Origin: an uncultured archaeon | GTDB taxonomy: Archaea > Asgardarchaeota > Thorarchaeia > Thorarchaeales > Thorarchaeaceae | Length of the DNA stretch: 31,002 bases | Direction of reading: 5' to 3' | NCBI GenBank assembly: GCA_964354495.1 | Contig: CAYHAA010000022.1 | Location: 1 to 31,002, forward strand | In this document: piece after piece, positions 25,269 to 31,002 of the stretch | Layout: each line of letters opens with the position of its first letter | Numbering within the stretch: position 1 is the stretch's first letter | Position numbers and translations under genes: made by a program | The notes under the pieces: generated by a model | Databases searched by the model: none | What the model saw: the letters and a program-made list of their open reading frames with translations, nothing else | What the model was told of the DNA's origin: nothing

Positions 25269-25559
25269 CTATGATGTCGCGGTTGCTCTCTCTTCTACTG
25301 AGGCCGATTCGAGCACTGGTCCGCGAAGAACCCTTTTTGCTACGAGAACGTCTGTTGATCCTAGTGTTGCAGCATCCACGACAACACGGTTCCCAACTTC
25401 AAGTGTTTCATAATATGTGTAGGAGTCAATCTTCACATCTACATGTTCATTCCGAGTCACTTCGACGGTGATATATCCGTAGATGATGTCCGTTTCTCCG
25501 AAAGCAGCTAGCTGGGTCGAAACTATCTTCCCTTCAATAGTACGCTCTTCATTTCTCAT
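25269..25559 (-). CDS. small beta-rich (OB-fold-like) protein, paralog of 24918-25148
   Basis: GKIV...YGYITVEV..NEHVDVKI..YTYYETLEVGNRV. Confidence 0.78.
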   Translation of the reverse strand: MRNEERTIEGKIVSTQLAAFGETDIIYGYITVEVTRNEHVDVKIDSYTYYETLEVGNRVVVDAATLGSTDVLVAKRVLRGPVLESASVEERATATS

Positions 25560-25607
25560 AGAATAACTATTGTTAATTATCCTTATAAGTCATTGGTTCT
25601 TCGTTAT

Positions 25608-26141
25608 CTATTCTCTGAGCTTTTTCATATTCTTGGGATAGAATTCTGTGTTACTAATGTAGGAATCAATATAGACATCGATCGCCTCTCTTACTGGACT
25701 ATCGGGGTCCAGGTCTCTCACGTACTTGGCCGGTACTCCTGCATAGATCTTGTTGGGCTCTGTCTTGGTCTTGTCGTGAAGCATAGCGGAATTCCCAATC
25801 AGAGCGCCTTTTGCCACCTTGCTGCCCAACATGAGAACTGCTCCCATTCCGATTGCCGCGTTGTCTTCAATTATTTCAGCATGGATAGTTGCATTATGTC
25901 CAATGTTCACTCGTTTTCCAATTCGAACGGTGAATGATGGATCCGAGTGTATCACTACACCGTCCTGAATATTGGTCTCATCATCGATTAGAATTGGTCC
26001 TCTATCCCCTCTAATGGAGACCATCGGGGCTACAAAGACACGTTCACCAATCCTCACATCGCCAATGACAGAAGCCTGTGGATGTACGTAGGCAGTTCTT
26101 GCAATGGTTGGAGTCTTGTTTCCAAGTGCGTAAATTGTCAT
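25608..26141 (-). CDS. gamma-carbonic anhydrase-like (YrdA/CaiE) hexapeptide-repeat protein
   Basis: AYVHPQASVIGDVRIG, SIRGD, TNIQDGVVIH, IGHNATIH, GVPAK; three Zn-ligand His positions present. Confidence 0.92.
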   Translation of the reverse strand: MTIYALGNKTPTIARTAYVHPQASVIGDVRIGERVFVAPMVSIRGDRGPILIDDETNIQDGVVIHSDPSFTVRIGKRVNIGHNATIHAEIIEDNAAIGMGAVLMLGSKVAKGALIGNSAMLHDKTKTEPNKIYAGVPAKYVRDLDPDSPVREAIDVYIDSYISNTEFYPKNMKKLRE

Positions 26142-26263
26142 GCTATCATCTCTTTGCGAGTTTCATTATTTCGCTCCAGGGGTCGGATATTGGCTGGTCA
26201 TTAGTTGGATACCAGAAAAACCATTCTGTCTTGCGGTTCTTCTAATAGAGCACCAATTGTTAT

Positions 26264-27058
26264 ATGCGTAGCTTCCTCATACCAATTCCTAGGAACTTCG
26301 TGCCAATGAGCAGAGAAGATGAGAGCAAGAGTACTGCCGTCCGCATACCAAAGACAAGCATCACCATCTGCGGCGGTAAGAAGACGGAGGTTGGAGAAGC
26401 CGCGAAACAGGCTCTCGATATTTCAGATGAAGACTACTATTCAACCTGGATCAACCTAGGTTTAATGAGACGCCTTGGATTCCTGTTTGACGGCGGCGTT
26501 GAGAGTACTGGTAGTTCGACTGGAGGACTTGTACTCATGTTTATCGTCCTCATTGCGGCTCTTGCATTGTTTGCGTTTTGGCAGGTTCTCATTGTCTTCG
26601 CTGTGGTTGCAGTCCTCGCCTTATTGAGTGGCGGTGCGGCTCTCAAGTTCCTACGAGCGACATACATTACAAAGCCGCTGAATGAAATTGACTCCACGAA
26701 GCTTGAGGAATTCATACGAGCTCAGGCATCACAGGGTCACATCGTGAAGGTGGAGGGAATCCGCGACGCCTCGAACATGGGCAAGGATACCATGAGGATT
26801 TCCAATGCCGCGCTCACGTACCGAACCGGAATTCAATTCTCAATCCTCGTTGCGTCAGCGTTCTTGATTCTGGAGGTAGCCTACTTCCTCGCTACAGGCC
26901 ACTGGCTCTCTGGCCCGAGCCCAGCGACAGGACAAATGGAAACTCTCGTGCTCATCTGCTTTGGTTTCCTGTTTGTTGGCGGTGTGGTCATGATGGAAAT
27001 CGGTGTGCTGCTACGGAATCGTCTATGGAGAGAGCTCTTACAGAAGAAGAAAGAGTGA
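26264..27058 (+). CDS. hypothetical membrane protein
   Basis: About four hydrophobic helices; start uncertain (26264 or ATG 26306). Confidence 0.75.
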   Translation: MRSFLIPIPRNFVPMSREDESKSTAVRIPKTSITICGGKKTEVGEAAKQALDISDEDYYSTWINLGLMRRLGFLFDGGVESTGSSTGGLVLMFIVLIAALALFAFWQVLIVFAVVAVLALLSGGAALKFLRATYITKPLNEIDSTKLEEFIRAQASQGHIVKVEGIRDASNMGKDTMRISNAALTYRTGIQFSILVASAFLILEVAYFLATGHWLSGPSPATGQMETLVLICFGFLFVGGVVMMEIGVLLRNRLWRELLQKKKE

Positions 27059-28333
27059 CTACACGACATCAAAGACGATTTCCCAGAACTCTCGCTCGGA
27101 CACTCCCGTCCTGAGCTCTCTCAGTTCTTCTTTGATCTTATCAAATGCTACATGTGACTGGAGCTTCTTCTGGTCTTCATGAGTCTTTTTCACTCGCTCA
27201 GCTATTTCCTTCGCTTGATCCGGAGTTGCCCGGACTCCGCCCATCTTCAGTAGATACTCGACAAAGTGCCTGCCCACGAACTTGCCAAGATGGAACTGCC
27301 TCTCGCGGCCGACCTTTGATGGATTGATTGGTTCGTATGTCATTGAGTGGGTCAACTGTCCGTGCGAGTGTATCCCGCTTGAATGAGTGAATGCATTATC
27401 ACCACTGATTGCCTTATGTAGTGGAAGGGGTATAATGAAGTCTTTCTCGACGAGTCGGGACAGCTGGTAGAGTCTCTCTGTCTGAATCCCTGTCGCAATG
27501 CCGTATAGCTCCTCAAGAGCCATCACAACTTCCTCAAATGCCGCATTACCAGCTCTCTCACCATAGGCATTGACACAAACTTGCGCATAGGTGGCGCCTT
27601 CTTCTACAGCAGCGAGTGTGTTTGCAGTTGCCAGACCAAAATCATCATGACAATGCACTGCGATAGGGATCTTGTACTTACTCTCTGTCCATAGATGCGA
27701 CTTGACCTCTCTCATAATATGCCTCATGACCTCAGGTCGAACGAATCCGACCGTGTCAGCGACACAGATCTTGTCTGCTCCTGCATTAATCGCAGTCCTA
27801 TAGGCCTGGCAGAGAAATTCCATATTGCTTCTGGTTGAGTCCTCTGCGATGTAATCGATAATGAGACCGTGTTCTTTTCCATACTCGACGCACTGTGTTA
27901 TTCGATCCAAGACCTGTTCCCGTGACATTCTGAGCTGGTACTTTAATCGGAAGTCTGACGTGGCAATAAAGATTGGAACTTCGTCAACGCCTGCTTCGAT
28001 GCATGCATCGATGTCCTCAATGACTGCACGGGCTGGAGCAGCAACACTCGCCCTTGAGAGCCCTTCTTTTGCTACTGCAGCAACTGCCCTCTTCTCAGCA
28101 TCGCTGACCGCTGGAAATCCGACTGCAACGATTGAAGCGCCTACATCATCGAGCATCTTCGCAATCTCAATCTTCTCATCGATTGTCAATGCAACTCCCG
28201 GCGTCTGCTCTCCATCCCTTAGGGTCTCATCCCATATGAACACTTTCTTGGGGAGGCTGTCTGATCTCGTGCCGGGCACCTTGTTGTAGTTGACTGCAAG
28301 TCCTGCCTTCTCTAGGGTCTCCATGTGACTCAA
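27059..28333 (-). CDS. DRE-TIM metallolyase, 2-isopropylmalate/homocitrate/citramalate synthase family, lacking the LeuA regulatory domain
   Basis: DETLRDGEQTPG, AEDSTRS, ADTVG, HCHDDFGLATANT, GERAGN, YEPINP..VG; 424 aa (ATG 28324 is an alternative start). Confidence 0.9.
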   Translation of the reverse strand: MSHMETLEKAGLAVNYNKVPGTRSDSLPKKVFIWDETLRDGEQTPGVALTIDEKIEIAKMLDDVGASIVAVGFPAVSDAEKRAVAAVAKEGLSRASVAAPARAVIEDIDACIEAGVDEVPIFIATSDFRLKYQLRMSREQVLDRITQCVEYGKEHGLIIDYIAEDSTRSNMEFLCQAYRTAINAGADKICVADTVGFVRPEVMRHIMREVKSHLWTESKYKIPIAVHCHDDFGLATANTLAAVEEGATYAQVCVNAYGERAGNAAFEEVVMALEELYGIATGIQTERLYQLSRLVEKDFIIPLPLHKAISGDNAFTHSSGIHSHGQLTHSMTYEPINPSKVGRERQFHLGKFVGRHFVEYLLKMGGVRATPDQAKEIAERVKKTHEDQKKLQSHVAFDKIKEELRELRTGVSEREFWEIVFDVV

Positions 28334-28360
28334 CCTACTTGTGCATCTGTCTCTGTCAAT

Positions 28361-28909
28361 TCACTCGAACCGATAATGACCATATTTCTCTGCGCTCTCT
28401 AAAGTCTTGTCAAGCATACCAATTTGCTTCTCATACTCTGCCTTCGTCATATCACCACGCTCCAGTGCCGTCCTTGCCTTCTCCTTCTTGTACTCTATTT
28501 TGGTGTTCTCGATGTGGTTGAGTCTGAGAGAGGACTCTGTGACCGGCGTTGCCTTTGTGACCCCGCAGATGCCTTCAAGGAGTGGCATCCAACAGATCTC
28601 TTCGATATGAAAAGAGAACTCAAGTCCTCGTTCAAGAATTCGATTCCAGATAGGGCACGTCTTCATAAAGACGTCCCTCTTGTTCACCTCGATATCCAAT
28701 CCAATGGCTCTGAAGACACTCCCAGCTATCTCTGCTGACTTCTCAGGACCTCTTCCACCGCTTGCCTTGGCAATCTCCTTTCCTATCTGCCTAAAGCCGC
28801 CACTGTATCCCTCGTACATTGAGAGCGCTCCGGTGTTGTCACGAAGTCCCCACCACAACCCATCAATGAAGGCGACAAATGCCATCCTGAGAATCTCTAG
28901 GTCATTCAT
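28361..28909 (-). CDS. hypothetical protein, possible V4R/HNOB-like small-ligand-binding fold plus helical tail
   Basis: ATG 28909 overlaps the nitroreductase TGA (ATGA); TCPIW and EEIC Cys motifs follow an alpha/beta core. The fold call is inference. Confidence 0.7.
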   Translation of the reverse strand: MNDLEILRMAFVAFIDGLWWGLRDNTGALSMYEGYSGGFRQIGKEIAKASGGRGPEKSAEIAGSVFRAIGLDIEVNKRDVFMKTCPIWNRILERGLEFSFHIEEICWMPLLEGICGVTKATPVTESSLRLNHIENTKIEYKKEKARTALERGDMTKAEYEKQIGMLDKTLESAEKYGHYRFE

Positions 28910-29655
28910 TTTCCGTCCTCCTTCACAAAAGGTTCTCCCCATTTATTCAGAAATGCTATCTCCTCGGGTCCCTGTCTTGGTGGCCCGAGTGTTCTGGCAT
29001 ATTTCGGATATCCCAGCGTCAGACACAGAATTGGCACCCAGTGTGGGAATGGAATCCCCAGCTTCTTAGATATCGCTCCGACATCATCAAAATGGTCTAG
29101 CTGGACTGATGAGACGCAGCTTCCGATGCCAAGTGCTGCGGCTGCAAGTGCCATGTTTTGCATCATCATGGCACCTGCTATGACTCCATGCCTCGGACCT
29201 GACCATCCGTACACGCCTCCAGTTCCTCTTAGTGTTGCTTGGGAGTTGCCAACATGGGTCTGGTCGATAGCAAGCACGAGTAGAACAGGAGCTCCATCGG
29301 TTCCTGGATTTCCTTTGATGTATTCAAATCGCTGCCCAGAAATGAGAATATCGATTGTTCGCTCACGGCTTGCCTTTGACTCGATGTAGCTCAGTCTGCG
29401 TTCCAGCTCCTGTCGCGGAGTGGCGCGACCAAAGAGCAATATCGTTCGGTCTACTGCTATTTGCCCAATGAATTCGCGCATCTTCTTGTCACGGACAACA
29501 ATCACTCTCCACGGCTGCTGATTCTCTGCGCTGGGAGCGTAACTTCCCGCCTCTATGATCTTATAGATCAACTCGTCGGGGACATCTCTTGATGTGTCAT
29601 AGTCTCGGATAGCCCGACGGCCCTTGATTACTTTGATTGTTTCACTGTCTCCCAA
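28906..29655 (-). CDS. nitroreductase-family flavoprotein
   Basis: IKGRRAIRDY, AGSYAPSAENQQPWRVIVV, QNMALAAAALGIGSC, LTLGYP. Confidence 0.92.
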   Translation of the reverse strand: MGDSETIKVIKGRRAIRDYDTSRDVPDELIYKIIEAGSYAPSAENQQPWRVIVVRDKKMREFIGQIAVDRTILLFGRATPRQELERRLSYIESKASRERTIDILISGQRFEYIKGNPGTDGAPVLLVLAIDQTHVGNSQATLRGTGGVYGWSGPRHGVIAGAMMMQNMALAAAALGIGSCVSSVQLDHFDDVGAISKKLGIPFPHWVPILCLTLGYPKYARTLGPPRQGPEEIAFLNKWGEPFVKEDGK

Positions 29656-29745
29656 GGTGTGACTCTCCAGTCATTGATATGGTGGCGTGATTTGTCCACA
29701 CTTAAGTAAGTAACTAATAAAGGACAACACAGTCCTCTCTGAGTA

Positions 29746-30954
29746 CTACATCAGAGGGGCGTCGCGTCCATCGTATTTGACATGGAATCCTGTATCTAGG
29801 TTCGCGCACTCCTTCAGGATATTGCCGCTGGCTACAACACGCTGTACCTGATTGGTGCCTTCGTAGATCTGCAGGAGTTTCGCATCTCGCATGAGTTTCT
29901 CTGCTGGATACTCGTCGAGGTATCCATATCCTCCCATGATCTGCACTGCATCAACAGCGTTTTGCATTGCGGCGTCTGCAGCAAAGAACTTGGCAAACGC
30001 AGAGTCCTTTGAGTTGCGGATTCCTTTATCCGCCAACCATGCTGCATATCGAGTCAGCTGTCTCGAGGCTGCAGCTCTTGCACCCATATCAGCAAGCATG
30101 AAACCGATACCCTGGAAGTTGCCTATTGATTGTCCAAATTGCTGACGAATATTCGCGAACTTTGCAGCCTCATCAACAGCCCGCTGCGCTACTCCTGTCG
30201 CAATGGCTGCAATTCCTGCTCTAGTCTTGTCCAAGGTCATCATTGCAATCTTGAAGCCTTCCCCTTCCTTCCCTACAAGACAATCCTTGGGTACTCTAGC
30301 ATGATCAAAGATGACCTCACTCTGAACTGAGTTCTTCTGACCCATCTTGTTCTCTATGAGTCCAATCTTCACGGCCTTGCTCTTCGGGACCATAAAGACT
30401 GATAGCCCCTTGTTCTTCAGTTCTGGCTGAGTCGATGCAAAGACTGTAAAGAGCGACGCCTGTGGGGCACTGGTGATGAAACACTTGACACCATTTATGA
30501 CGTATTCGTCCCCATCTTTCTCCGCCCGAGTTGCTACAGCTCCTGCATCTGAACCTGCAACGCGCTCAGTCAGGCAGAATGCTCCGAATTTGGCTTCCTT
30601 TCCCGTAACCAAGGGTTTCACATAGGTCTTGAGCTGTTCCATGGTGGCTGCAATCACGAGTGGCGCAAATGCAAGGTTGTTGCACATGATTGATGTTGCC
30701 ATTCCAGCATCACCATAACCTGTCGCTTCCGACACGAGTGTTTCGGAAACCAGTGAGTGCCCTGGTCCCCCTGCTTCAGTGGGGATATGCAAATTCATGA
30801 GACCTGCTTCAAAGGCCTTCTGAACGACCTCCTTCGGAAACTCGTTTCGCTTCTCTAATTCAATGGCGTGCGGGGTAATATGCTCCATAGTGAAAGCCTT
30901 GGCTTTCTCCCAAAGCTTCTGTTCTTTGTCAGAGAATGAAAAGTCCATAGTCAA
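29746..30954 (-). CDS. acyl-CoA dehydrogenase (short-chain/butyryl-CoA-like)
   Basis: FCLTE..AGSD, INGVKCFIT, KMGQK, TLDKTR, RQQFG..I..FQ, AVQIMGGYGY, catalytic QIYEGTNQVQR. ATG 30948 is an alternative start. Confidence 0.95.
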   Translation of the reverse strand: MTMDFSFSDKEQKLWEKAKAFTMEHITPHAIELEKRNEFPKEVVQKAFEAGLMNLHIPTEAGGPGHSLVSETLVSEATGYGDAGMATSIMCNNLAFAPLVIAATMEQLKTYVKPLVTGKEAKFGAFCLTERVAGSDAGAVATRAEKDGDEYVINGVKCFITSAPQASLFTVFASTQPELKNKGLSVFMVPKSKAVKIGLIENKMGQKNSVQSEVIFDHARVPKDCLVGKEGEGFKIAMMTLDKTRAGIAAIATGVAQRAVDEAAKFANIRQQFGQSIGNFQGIGFMLADMGARAAASRQLTRYAAWLADKGIRNSKDSAFAKFFAADAAMQNAVDAVQIMGGYGYLDEYPAEKLMRDAKLLQIYEGTNQVQRVVASGNILKECANLDTGFHVKYDGRDAPLM

Positions 30955-31002
30955 TCACAAGACCCCGCTTGAATAACGGCTTATTATCTCTTCGGAGAGT
31001 AG

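Noticed and set aside
1-31002. tRNA, rRNA, integrase/att sites, defence systems
   Set aside because: No cloverleaf/T-loop motifs, rRNA-like stretches, tyrosine integrase or recognisable defence genes were seen by eye. A tRNAscan/Infernal/DefenseFinder run would be needed to exclude them formally.

Overview
A 31 kb, roughly 50% GC, gene-dense prokaryotic window with about 33 credible CDSs. No rRNA, tRNA or CRISPR array was seen. An archaeal host, plausibly an Asgard/Thorarchaeota-like lineage, is inferred from GGTGA/GGAGG ribosome-binding motifs, frequent TTG/GTG starts, many Zn-ribbon hypotheticals and sequon-rich exported proteins; no marker gene in the window confirms this. Left end: an IS607-family serine transposase (tnpA) with no tnpB, whose upstream flank coincides with the C-terminal truncation of a SAM methyltransferase. 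Middle: two flavodoxins, two alpha/beta hydrolases, two MBL-fold hydrolases, a 4Fe-4S membrane protein and a ~1480 aa surface protein (two 7-blade SBBP propellers, DxDxDG Ca-binding repeats, a stalk with Asn every 14 residues, Thr-rich linker, C-terminal TM). These are followed by a PadR + BtrH-like pair behind a 34-bp near-perfect palindrome, purH, a single-domain FKBP and an LLM oxidoreductase. Right end: an OsmC gene split by a +1 frameshift, a multi-Zn-finger protein with two tandem paralogous small beta proteins, a gamma-carbonic anhydrase-like protein, and a minus-strand cluster of acyl-CoA dehydrogenase, nitroreductase, V4R-like protein and DRE-TIM (LeuA/homocitrate synthase-like) enzyme. 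All family calls come from motif recognition by eye; no database search was run.
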